Assembly: GCF_963921235.1 (NCBI RefSeq)
Contig: NC_086098.1
Coordinates: 3,534,001 to 3,598,000, forward strand
Source: Mobula hypostoma
Taxonomy: Eukaryota
Direction: 5' to 3'
Length of the DNA: 64,000 nucleotides
In this document: piece by piece, positions 12,466 to 23,514 of the stretch
How positions within the stretch are numbered: position 1 is the stretch's first letter
How the letters are laid out: every line of letters begins with the position of its first letter
The notes under the pieces: generated by a model
Told to the model about the DNA's origin: nothing
Databases searched by the model: none
Seen by the model: only the letters and a program-made list of their open reading frames with translations
Translations under genes and position numbers: made by a program

Positions 12466-12732
12466 GGCAAAGGAACAGAATTGTTCCATACTGAACATGC
12501 AGAAATCGACATGCTAACAGAGAAACTCACAAGTTAATCTGATATACAATCATTCCTGTGGGCAAGCACATTCTTTGCGAGCTTAAGTAAGCTTAAGTTT
12601 TCAAAATGTTGGAATGGCCTTGAATTCAGCATTCATACATAAAACACCAATTTTTGTATTAAACACAAGTCAAAAAGCCAGTGTAAATGATTTGACATGC
12701 ACAAAATCCTCGAGGAACTGGGACAGCATCTA

Positions 12733-13052
12733 TGGCGACATGTTAGCATTTAGCATTTTGGTTGGTCCCAGCTGTAAGATCAGGGTTCAATTCCTGCCCC
12801 TGTCTGTAAGGACTTTGTACGTTCTTTCTGTACCACCTTGGTTTGCTCGGGGTAATCCAGTTTCCTACCACATTCTAAAAGACATATGGGTTAGGGTTTG
12901 TAAGTTGTGGGCACGCTATACTGGCACTCAATGCTGGCACTCAATGCACAGTGACACTTGCAGGCTGCTCCCAGCACATAGTCTGATTGTGTTGGTCACT
13001 GACACATTTTACTGGAGGTATGTACACGTAAAGCAAATAAAGTTTATCTTTG
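12733..13052 (+). mobile_element. V-SINE variant (alternative 3' tail)
   Basis: GGTTCAATTCC B-box and V core; tail GACACTTGCAGGCTGCTCCCAGCAC also seen at ~23320, ~61800 (-) and ~63200 (-). Confidence 0.7.
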
Positions 13053-13064
13053 TCTTTGAAATGA

Positions 13065-13225
13065 GCAGTTGATGTTTCGGGGCTGAGATTCTTCACTGGG
13101 TCTGAATCATGTCGCAGACTGAAACATCGACTGTCATTCCTCTCCGTAAATGCCACCTGACCTGCTGGGTTCCTCCAGCTTTTTGCGAGTGTTGCTCCGG
13201 ATTTCCAGCATCTGCAGGATCTCTT
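13065..13225. mobile_element. Penelope-like terminal repeat with a short inverted partner
   Basis: CAGTTGATGTTTC ... GAAACATCGACTG inverted pair, then CCTGCTGGGTTCCTCCAGC..GATTTCCAGCATCTGCAG. Confidence 0.7.
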
Positions 13226-14387
13226 GTACCTGAATAATCTGATTAATCTCCATCTCAGGCAGCCTGCGATCAAAAGAGAAACCGAGGTATCGAAAGGTGG
13301 GCTGGTGAGGAGGAAATAACATCCTCAGAGTTGAGGTCCACAGGAACCCCGGCGTAAATTAATTGTCTCTGTGCTGTTCAAGCCTTCATCAATCAGATGT
13401 AAATTGCACTACGCTCGACTGCCTTCACTTTCCAGTCCAGTGTTCCCCATAGAGAGCCAGGGCTTGCCAACTGCTCCAGTGGCCCGGGAAAGCAGCAGCA
13501 AGCCTGCTGACATCCCGGGGCTCGGGGCTCGGGGCTCTGACCACAAAACATGAAAGGACAGAGCGCTGTTACAAGCCGAGCAGCGGGCGTTCCGCAGACA
13601 ATGAGAGCTGGAGAGGCCGAGCCCAAGGGACCACCTAATGAAGGACATCAGGAACAACATAAATAAAATAACAAATCGGAAAGACGAGTAATTGCTCACA
13701 CCCAAACAAAGATCTCCACAGACTCTCCTGATGGTAGTGTAATTAGAATGCTGTCTTTCTGATGCTCTCTGGCACAGAACTCCACACTGTTTTGCAAAAC
13801 AGATTGGAACACAATTTATAAAATGTTGTCATTGTGCTTAATCTTATAACAAAGGCAACATTTATAAGGGTTACTCCGTATTATTTCTGAATTGTTAGAT
13901 ATTCCAGAGCACCATGTAATTATACTGTACACAATGATCAAATGTTGGAATTGTATTTTCTATTGTGGCTGCTGCTTAAATAAGGTTGAAAGGAACATTT
14001 CTGTAATTATCAGCAGAAGGCGGAACAAAAAAATTGTTAAGTTATCTCAAAGCCACTGTGACTTATTTAGCCTGAAACCGTGTCCTCGAGTTTTCAGCGC
14101 ATACACTGATTATATTTGCCTAACAAAGGAAACTTCAGCTGTTCCGTGCCAGTGCTAATGAGCTGAGTCATGGAGGGAGATGACTCTGGTTCAGGTCCGT
14201 GGTTTTCCCAACGGCGAGCTACAGACCTCATCTGTGCCACTGGGGTTAAATGTTAGACTAGTCATTTAACCTTGGGATCAAACAGATACGCGCATCTCAA
14301 ACCCTTGCTTGGAGGTGCTGAATGGTACAGTTGCCCCAGTAAGAAGAGAGAATATTATATTCTAAACGGGATGATGGAAAGTAAATG

Positions 14388-14880
14388 CACTCAATGGCCA
14401 CTTTATTAGGTACCACTTGTACTTAATAAAGTGGCCACTGAGTGTATGTTCGTGGATTTATGCTGATAGCCCATCTACTTCAAGGTTTGGCACATGTGGT
14501 TGTTTGAGTTACCTTCACCTTCCTGTCAGCTTGAAGCTATCTGGCTATTCTCCTCTGACCTCTCTCATTAACAAGGCATTTTCGCTCAGAGAACTGACAC
14601 TCACTGAAAGTTTTTTTGTTTTTCACACCATTCCCTGTAAAGTCACAAGACTGTTGCGTGTGAAAATCCCAGATCATCAGTTTCTCAGATACTCAAACCA
14701 CCCTGTCTGGCACCAACAATCATTCCATGGTCAAAGTCACTTAGATCACATTTCTTCCTCATTCTGATGTTTGGTCTGAACAACAACTGAACCCCTTGAC
14801 TATGCCTGCATGCTTTTATGCATTGACTTGCTTCCACATGATTTGCTGATTAGATACTTGCATTACGAACAAGTATAAAC
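14388..14880 (-). mobile_element. Tc1/mariner non-autonomous deletion derivative
   Basis: 57-bp TIR-spacer-TIR cassette at 14388-14444 followed by decayed transposase N-terminus. Confidence 0.85.
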
Positions 14881-15019
14881 CTGCTTTGAAATTATTTTAC
14901 AACATTGTGGTGATTTTGCTTTTATTAGATACTGATATAGCTATTTTTGATTTACTGCCTCTATTATTACTCTTGTAAAATGACAGAGAAACAGCTAAAT
15001 TTTCTGGACACCTTCAGTC

Positions 15020-15695
15020 CATCTACCATGAAAATCCAGATTTCCCAGTGGCCACACATTTTAATTCTACTTCCCATTCCCATTCCAACATGTCGGTCCA
15101 TGGACTCCTGTACTGCCATGATGAGGCTAATCTCAGCTTGGAGGAGCAACACCATATTCCATCTGGGTAGTCTCCAGCCTGATGACATGAACATTGACTT
15201 CCCCAACTTCTGGTAATTTCTCCTTCCTCCTCTTTCGTTTCACTCTTTTCCCATTCCACATTCTAGCTCTGCTCTCACCCCTTCTCTCATCCTCATATGC
15301 CCATCACCTCCCTCTGGTTCCCTTCCTCCTTCCCTTTCTCCCATGGTCCACTGTCCTGTCCTAACAGATCCATTTTTCTTCCACCTATCACCTCACAGAC
15401 TCTTACTTCATCCCCCTTCCCCCACCCACCCACTTTCCACTCACCTGGTCTCACCTGTCACTTTCCAGCTTCTTTCTTCATCCTCCCTCCACTATCCACC
15501 CACCTTACCCCTCATCAGGTCTCACACATCACCTGCCAGCTTGTACTCCTTCCTGCCCCTCACCTTCTTACTCTGGCTTCCGCCCAATTCCTTTCCAGTC
15601 CTGATGAAGGGTCTCAGCCAACTGGTTATTCCCCTCCGTTAATGCTGGTTGACCTGGAGACCAAGAAGTCCTCCTGCATTTTGTATCTTTTGCCA
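15020..15695 (+). mobile_element. Penelope-like (Neptune-type) element 3' end
   Basis: GIY-YIG C-terminal remnant HFNSTSHSHSNMSVHGLL / FHLGSLQPDDMNIDF, pyrimidine-rich UTR, CAGTCCTGATGAAGGGTCTC. Confidence 0.8.
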
Positions 15696-15789
15696 AAGCT
15701 TCCCATTCTTTTCCTTTTCAGTTTACTTTGCTCATTTTTAGCAATGCACCTACCATCATATCTCTTTTGATTATCAACCAATCATTACA

Positions 15790-16506
15790 ATTAGATCTGT
15801 GAGTATCAGGCTGGTACAGCAGGTACAGCAGGCGGTGAAAAAGGCGAATGGTATGCTGGCATTTATAGCAAGAGAATTCGAGTACAGGAGCAGGGAGGTA
15901 CTACTGCAGTTGTACAAGGCCTTGGTGAGACCACACCTGGAGTATTGTGTGCAGTTTTGGTCCCATAATCTGAGGAAAGACATCCTTGCCATAGAGGAAG
16001 TATAAAGGAGGTTCACCAGATTGATTCCTGGGAAGGCAGGACTTTCATATGATGAAGGACTGGATCGACTAGGCTTATACTCGGTGGAATTTAGAAGATT
16101 GAGGGGAGATCTTATTGAAACATATAAAATCCTAAAGGGATTGGACAGGCTAGATGCAGGAAGATTATTCCCGATGTTGGGGAAGTCCAGAACAAGGGGT
16201 CACAGTTTGAGGATAAAAGGGAAGCCTTTTCAGACCAAGATGAGGAAAAACTTCTTCACACAGAAAGTGGTGAATCTGTGGAATTCTCTGCCATAGGAAA
16301 CAGTTGAGGCCAGTTCATTGGCTATATTTAAGAGGGAGTTAGATATGGCCCTTGTGGCTAAAGGGATTAGGGGGTATGGAGGGAAGGCTGGTACAGGGTT
16401 CTGAGTTGGATGATCAGCCATGATCATATTGAATGCCGGTGCATGCTCAAAGGGCCAAATGGCCTACTCCTGCACCTATTTTCTATGTTTCTATATGTTT
16501 CTATGT
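15790..16506 (+). mobile_element. CR1 LINE 3' end
   Basis: KKANGMLAFIAR..LYKALVRPHLEYCVQFWS, NFFTQKVVNLWNSLP; ends in (CTATGTTT)n-like repeat. Confidence 0.93.
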
Positions 16507-16532
16507 GTACAAGACTCCACAACACCAATGCA

Positions 16533-17196
16533 TACATTCAGTGCCCCTTAATTAGGTACAAGAAATATGTTCATGGTCTTCTGCTTCTGCAGCCCATCCA
16601 CTTCACGTTCGATGTGCTGTGCTCTCGAAGATACTCTTCCACACACTTTTGTTGTAACACGTGGTTACCACCAGCTTGAACCAGTCTGGCTATTCTCTGA
16701 CCTCTCTCATTAACAACGTGTCTTTTCTGATGGAACCACTCCTCACTGCGTGTTTTTTGGTTTCTCGCACCATTCTCTGAAAACTGCTGTGTGGGAAAAT
16801 CCAGGGAGGCCAAGTCATTGGGTATATTTAAGGCAGAGATCAATAGATTCTTGATTGGTCAGGGCAGGAAGGGATATGGGGAGTTGGCAGGAGATTGGGG
16901 CTGAAAGAGAAAGAGGATCAGCCACGATGAAATGGTGCTGCAGACTCGAAGCACCAAATAGCCTAATTGTACGCGTGCTTTTATGGAGATCAGCAGTTTC
17001 TGAGATACTCAAACCACCCCGTCTGGCACCAACAATCATTCCACTGTCAAAGTCACTTAGATCACATTTCTTCCCCATTCTGATGTTTGTTCTGAACCTC
17101 TTGACCATGTCTGCATGCTTTTATGCATTGAGTTGCTGCCATGCAATTGGCTGATCAGATTTTGCATTAACGAGCAGGTGTACAGGTGTACCTAAT
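16533..17196 (-). mobile_element. Tc1 deletion derivative with a CR1 tail inserted (~16805-16970)
   Basis: MGKKCDLSDFDSGMIVGARRGGLSISETADL ... NERGQRIARLVQA ... WMGCRSRRP*; degenerate TIRs. Confidence 0.85.
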
Positions 17197-17344
17197 CATG
17201 CTATGATAATAAGTTTACTTTGAACTTTAATACTTAGAAGAGTCTTGGCACAACATAATGTAAACTCATTATTATCTACAGAGCAAGTGTATTAAAATGT
17301 TAAAAATATGTTCATGAAGAGTCCTTTCTTTACCAATTGAACTA

Positions 17345-18185
17345 AGTTCAAAGTTCAAAGTAAAATTTATAATCAGAGTACATACCTGTCACCATATTCT
17401 TTTCTACAGGCATACTTAGCAAATCTATAGAATAGTAACTGTAAACTGTAAACATCAGGAACTGCAAACTGTAAAGAAACTGTGCAAATGCAGATATAAA
17501 TAAATAGCAATAAATAATGAGCATGAAATAACAATATAACAGAATCCTTAAGTGAGTGTAGTTATCCACTTTTGTTGAAGAACTTGATGGTTTCGGGGTA
17601 GTAACTGTTATTGAACCTGGATTTGTGAGTCCTGAGGCTCTTGTACCTTTTCTCTGGTGGCAGCAGTGAGGAAAGAGCTTGGTCTGGGTGGTGAGGATCA
17701 TTGATGATGGATGCTGCTTTTCTATGGCAACGTTTCATGTACTGAATGGTTGTGAGGGTTTTACCCGTGAAGTACTGGGCTGAATCCACTACCTTTGAGG
17801 GATTTTTCATTTAAAGGCATGGATGTTCCCATGCCAGGCCGTAATGCAGCCAGTCCACCATATATCTATAGAAGTTTGCCAAGGTTTTTGATGCCATGCC
17901 AAACTTCCGCAAACTCCTGAGGTGCTGTTGTGCTTTCTACACAATTATATTTATATGATGGGTCCAGAACAGGTCCTCTGAGACACACAGAAATTTAAAG
18001 TTACTGACCCTCCCACCTCCGACTCTCCAATGAATGCTGGCTCGCGGGCCTCTGGTTTCTTTTTCACGAAGTTGACAATCAGTTCCTTGGTCTTGTTGAC
18101 ATTGAGTGAGAGGTTGTTGTTATTACACTACTTAGCCAAGTTCTCAATCTCCCTCCTTGCTGATTCATCACCCTCTTTGATACAA
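17345..18185 (-). mobile_element. Rex1/Babar LINE 3' fragment
   Basis: KAASIINDPHHPDQALSSLLPPEKRYKSLRTH..FNNSYYP; (TTTGAAC)n tail. Confidence 0.85.
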
Positions 18186-18208
18186 TGATACTAATAGATT
18201 TAACCTTA

Positions 18209-19295
18209 TGTCATGGTCCGGTCCATGAAGTCCGCATTCCGGTTCACGGTCCGGTCCCGTGGACTCAGGACTCCCTAGCTGTCCCTCGTTTTGGTTGAGT
18301 TAATCATTAGCACCTGATTCCCACCTTGGGGCTTGGAATATAAGAGGCCTTGGGGTTGAGTGTGGGCTGCTGGTTTGTCTTGTCAAGATCCCCTGGGAGC
18401 AACCTGCCGGTGGAAGGCTAGAGCGGCTACTTCCCATCTTTAGGCCATGTTGGACAACCATCGCTTCATGGAGCCTTGCTGTTGGTAGTCGGAGCTGTCT
18501 TTGCGGTATGGATTCGGCTGTTTCCTGGGCCAGCTGAGTGGCCGTCAGCCACTCTGAGCTAGGTAGAGATCCGGCTGTTTCCATAGCCAGCCGAGGTTAC
18601 TGGCCGTAACTGCGACTCGGAGCAACCCCGATGCAGAGATGGAACTGTCTGTCGTTTTTTCGGTGTTTGTCTCTTCTTGTCCTTGCCTCCGTGGGGTAAG
18701 TCAGGCCGTTCTGCCATTGCCCTGCAGGGGGTCCTGTCTTGTCTTGTCTTTGCCTCTGTCGGGTAAGTCCGGCCGTTCTGCCATTACCTGACGGATGGAC
18801 CTGTCCCACCTTGGTGTGGAGAAGAAGTTGAGTCTCGGCTTGTCTAAGTATAAGTCGCAGCTCTATGTCTATGTACTGTCCTGTCTCATGTTGGTGTCGG
18901 ATTAAAGATGAGTCTGGGCTCTATGTGGATGTTCAGTTCCCAGTCTGTCTCTGAGCTCCAGCCTCCGAGTTATCAACCTCAAGTCTCAAGAGCCAAGACT
19001 CTAGCCTCAAGCCTCAAGACCCCAGCCTGCCTCCAAGCTCAAGCCTCAAGACCCCAGCCTCCAGTCCTGTAGTCATGTCATTTCCTTGCCTGGTTCTGGG
19101 GCCTGAGCCCGAGGCAAGTCCCAGGTTCTGGGTCCTTGTCCAGTCTCTGGCTCGGGGTCCAAGCCCAAGTCTGCATACTTGTCCCTGCTCCTTGTCTGTA
19201 TCCTGTCACGTCCCTACTCTAATCAAGTCCTGTTCCTTGTACTTGAGTGTCTGTGTCTTGCACTTGGGTCCACTACCAGCACCCCTATCGTGACA
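18209..19295 (+). mobile_element. Solo LTR (Gypsy/BEL-like), 1087 bp
   Basis: TGTCATG...CGTGACA termini; 5-bp TSD CCTTA (18204-18208, 19296-19300); TATA-like AATATAAG at ~18337. Confidence 0.85.
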
Positions 19296-19410
19296 CCTTA
19301 CTTCAGAAAAGGTCTGTAGATAATAGCAAATTTGTGAAATATTGAACAGAAAAATTATATATAATTTCTCAATTACAAAGGACAGAACTTGGAAAAGGTA
19401 ACGTAAGTTA

Positions 19411-19985
19411 TTGATGAAGGGTCTCGGCCCAAAACGTTGACTGTTTATTCATAGTGAATAATTAGGACTGACCTGCTGAGTTCCTCCAGTATTTTGTGTG
19501 TGTGTTGCTCTGGATTTCCAGCATCTGCAGAATCTCTAGTGTTTAAAACTTATATTTTTTGATTATCGACCAATTATTAAAAATTTAATAGGCGGTAATC
19601 AAATAGAATAATTACCACTCACACAAAATGCCAGAGGAACTCAGCAGGTCAGGCAGAATCTATGGAAATGAATGAACCGTCAACATTTCGGGTCGAGACC
19701 CTTCTTCGGGACTGAAAAGGAAGGGGGAAGATGGCAGAATAAAAAGGTGGGGGGAGGGTCAAGGAGGATAGCCAGAAGGTGAAGCCTCATGGGTGGGAAA
19801 GATAAAAAGCTGGAGAGGAATGAATGTAATAGGATTACAGGAGAAAGGGAAGGAGAAGGGACCCAGGGGCGGGGGGGGGGGAGGTGATAGGCGAACGAGA
19901 AGAGGTATGAGGCCAGAGCAGGGAACAGGAAAAGAGAAGGGGGGAGAATTTTTTTTACTGAAATGAAAATTCGATATTCATCCCA
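19411..19985. mobile_element. Two Penelope-like terminal repeats tail-to-tail (19411-19545 +, 19618-19985 -)
   Basis: TGATGAAGGGTCTCGGCCCAAAACGTTGACTG and the reverse-strand copy TTTCGGGTCGAGACCCTTCTTCGGGACTG. Confidence 0.8.
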
Positions 19986-20199
19986 GAAAGAAAAAAAAAT
20001 GTAATTAGAAGGAAACACTTAAAATACTGAAGCAGGGAAAACTGAATGGAAATTTAATGATGCTTTTTTTTAAATTATGAAAGTTCTGATTGAGTAGAGA
20101 GAAAAATACCGATTTCCTTGAGTTGGGATGTCAGTGACCAGAAGTCATTATTTAAAGCTGTCATGAAGAGGGTGAGGAGAGGTTGGACTAATGCAGATG

Positions 20200-21152
20200 G
20201 TTTTATAGAGAACGGGATGGTTTACCACAGAGAATACAGTTCAGAATACAGGATGGTTCACCAGAGAGACTGGTTCAGAACATGGGATGGTTTACCACAG
20301 AGACAAATTCAGAACATGGGATGGTTTACCACTGAGACAAATTTGGAATGTGGGATGGTTTACCACTGAGACAAATTCAGAACGTGGGATGGTTTACCAC
20401 AGAGACTATTCAGAACGTGGGATGGTTTAACACAGAGGCAAATTCAGAACGTGGGATGGTTTAACACAGAGGCAAATTCAGAACGTGGGATGGTTTAACA
20501 CAGAGGCAAATTCAGAACGTGGGATGGTTTAACACAGAGGCAAATTCAGAACGTGGGATGGTTTAACACAGAGGCAAATTCAGAACGTGGGATGGTTTAC
20601 TACAGGGACCGGTTCAGAGCACCAGACCATTTACTATAGTGAATGATTCACAGCACAGAACGGTTTACTGTGAGAAATTGGGTCAGAGCACAGAACAGTT
20701 TACTGTGGGAGATCAATTCAGAGCACAGAATGGTTTACTGCGAGAAACTGGTTCAGAGCACAGAATGCTTTACCACGAGAGATCGATTCAGAGCACAGAA
20801 ATTTTTACTGAAAGAGATTGGTTCAGAGCACAGAATAGTTTACCACAGGCACTGGTTAAGAGCACAGAATGGTTTACCGTGAGAGATCGATTCAGAGCAC
20901 AGGGACTGGTTCAGTGCACAAGACAGTTTATTGCAGTGATTAGTTCATGGCACAGAATGGTTTACTATGAGAGATCGGTTCAGAGCACAGAACGATTTAC
21001 CACAGGGACTGGTTCAGAGTACAGGATAGTTTACCACAGGCACCAATTCAGAACATAAGACAGTTTATTGCAGCAACGGGTTCACAGCGCGAGATGGTTT
21101 ACCACAAGAGATTGGTTCGGAACACAGAACGGTTTACGGCAGGAACTGGTTC
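20200..21152. repeat. 34-bp minisatellite, roughly 28 units
   Basis: CAGAACGTGGGATGGTTTAACACAGAGGCAAATT at 20411, 20445, 20479, 20513, 20547; diverged units on both sides. Confidence 0.95.
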
Positions 21153-21220
21153 AGTCAGTGTCCATGCAATCCATAACTGAGATTCAGTTTGATGTAGCAG
21201 CGTTCACTGAGCTTGGCTAT

Positions 21221-21270
21221 CAGCTTGCAGAGGTTTCATCACCTTTCGAGGTGACATCCTCAGTGCGCTG
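21221..21270 (-). ncRNA. Minimal hammerhead ribozyme motif (probable Penelope terminal-repeat relic)
   Basis: Sense CAGCGCA-CUGAGGA-U-GUCACCU(CGAA)AGGUGAU-GAAA-CC-UC-UGCAAGCUG: core, 7-bp stem II, bulged stem I; stem III G>C. Confidence 0.65.
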
Positions 21271-21394
21271 TCGTTGGTGTTTCTCTCTGGGAGTGCTTGC
21301 TTTTCTATAGGCCCCCATTCACTTGCCTCAGTCCTGATCAGCTACCCCTTTAGTTGACCTTTTGAATTCTATAGGCATAAGATTAGACTTGGGA

Positions 21395-22000
21395 CATTCT
21401 GCAGATGTTCGAAATCTTGAGCAACACACACAAAATACCAGGGGAACTCAACAGGTCAGGTAGTGTCTATGAAAATGAATAGATAGTCAACATTTCAGGC
21501 CTGACACCCTTCATCTGGACTAGAAAGGAAGAAGGAAGATGCCAAAATAAAAAGATGGGGGAGGGGAAGAAGGACGAGCTGGAAGGTGATGGGTGATACC
21601 AGGTGGGTGGGTCGGGGGATGAAATAAGAAGCTGTGAGATGGCTGGAGAAGAAGGAATCCGATATGAGAAGTGAATGGACCATGGGAAGAGGGGAACCAG
21701 AGAGTGGTGATGGGCAAGTGAAGGGTCTCAGTCTGAAACATCAATTGTTTATTCTTCTCTACTTTAACAGGAACTCAGCAGGTCAAATGGCATCTATGGA
21801 GAGAAAAAAAAACAGTTGACATTTTGGGCTAAGACCCTTCCTCAGGACTGGAAAGGAAGGGGCAAAGCCAGAAGAAGACGATGGGTAGAGGGGAAGGAGG
21901 ACAAGCTAGAAGGTGATAGGTGAGACCAGGTGAGGGGGTGGGGGAGGAGAGGTGAAGTGAGAAGCTGGGCAGCGACAGAGGAGACCAAGAGAGGGTGATT
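21395..22000 (-). mobile_element. Cluster of Neptune-type Penelope-like terminal repeats (two -, one short +)
   Basis: GGAACTCA(A/G)CAGGTC and decayed hammerhead motifs at ~21485, ~21720, ~21813. Confidence 0.75.
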
Positions 22001-22099
22001 GGTCTTGTTTGTCTATTGTTTCTTAACCACCGTTTATGAGAATACCTGCTGACGTTGTTATGCATCGTATACGCTTCTCAGTCACCCAGAAGATCTTGG

Positions 22100-22905
22100 G
22101 TTCAAGTTCAAGTTTATTGCCTTTCATCCCTACACATGTATATCACCAAATGAAGCAATGTTCCTCCAGACCAAGGTGCACAACGCAGTACATGTAACTC
22201 ACACACAACATATGAAGTACTATTAACAAAAATAAATGAACAAATAATAAAATATATTGTGGTGGCTCACCCACGCAGCAAGCGAACCGGCTCCAGCAGT
22301 CGCCGATGAACCCACAGCCAGCGGCAACCGAGAGGAATCTGAGTGCGGGGCAGACCTCGCCCCAGAGGCCAACGTCGCTTCCACCCCACAGAGAGGGGGG
22401 GTTGCCAGGAGCGGGTACTTAAGCGCACGCTAATTCAAACAGTAAACGGTTCAACCCGACCCTGCCCGAGTCAGTGTCTTGTTTTCACTCATAGAGTATC
22501 AGCGCAACTACAATATTCCAGAACGTTTACATTTACCATAAAGTGCATTTAAGACACAAGTTAAAAAGTAAACAGGATAACACTCTTCATACATGATGAA
22601 GCATGGGAGGTGACAGGGGGTTCAGTAATCACACGGCCTGGGGAAAGAAGCTGTTTCCCATCCTAACAGTCCTTGTCCTAATGCTACAGTACCTCCTGCC
22701 TGATGGTAGGGGGTCAGAGAGATGGTGGGATGGATGGAAGGGATCATTGACCATGCTAAGGGCCCTCCTGATAGACGTCTCGGATGGGTGGAGGAAAGAC
22801 CCTGATGTTCCTCTGAGCAGCCCTCGCAACCCTTTCTAGGGTCTTGCAGTCAGAAGCCTTGCAATTCCTGGACCAGCTGCTTAGAATACCCTCAATGGTG
22901 CTGCT
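22100..22905 (-). mobile_element. Rex1/Babar LINE 3' fragment hosting a solo LTR
   Basis: DPFHPSHHLSDPLPSGRRYCSIRTRTVRMGNSFFPQAV; STIEGILSS. Confidence 0.85.
22258..22512 (+). mobile_element. Short solo LTR (255 bp)
   Basis: TGTGG...CTACA termini, 4-bp TSD ATAT, CpG-rich, AGTAAA polyA-like signal at 22441; interrupts an AT-rich Rex1 tail. Confidence 0.75.
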
Positions 22906-23514
22906 GTTCCGGCTGAAGGCTGCTGCTCGGGACCGGATGTCCATGCATGCAGGAGGCACGAGGGGTGGTGCGTCAGTAAGCGTGGAGTTTGAGGTCTGGA
23001 GTTCGGGATTCTGTCATTGATTGCTCACGTGTTCCATACAAAGATCGAAGCCCAAAGGTTCGTCACACGTCCAGAAGTTGAATCTTATAGACTGGAGACT
23101 GGAGGCCCAGGGGCCTGTCCTGGGCTTGGAGACCCGGAGGCCTGTGCTGGGCTTGGAGGCCAAGGGATCTGACCTGGACTTGAAGGACTATCTGTATGGG
23201 AGGTAAGGTGCTTGTTTTTCTGGTATTGTTTTGTTACCTGTCATGTTCTGGTTTTCTGTGTTCTGTGTTGTTCTGCCAAGCATTGTGGGCATGTTATGTT
23301 GGTGCTGGAATTTGTGGCAACACTTGCAGGCTGCCATCAGAGTCATAGGACACTTTGGCCCATCTTGTCTGTGCCAAACTATTTATCTGCCTACACCCAT
23401 CGACCTGCACCAGAACACAGCCCTCCATACCCCTCCCCTCTATGTACCAATCCAAACTTCTCTTAGCTGTTGAAATCAACCCTGAATCCTGTGACAACGT
23501 TGACGAGATAAAGG

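Noticed and set aside
20200..21152. CRISPR-like array
   Set aside because: Units are head-to-tail with no unique spacers, no cas genes, and the context is eukaryotic
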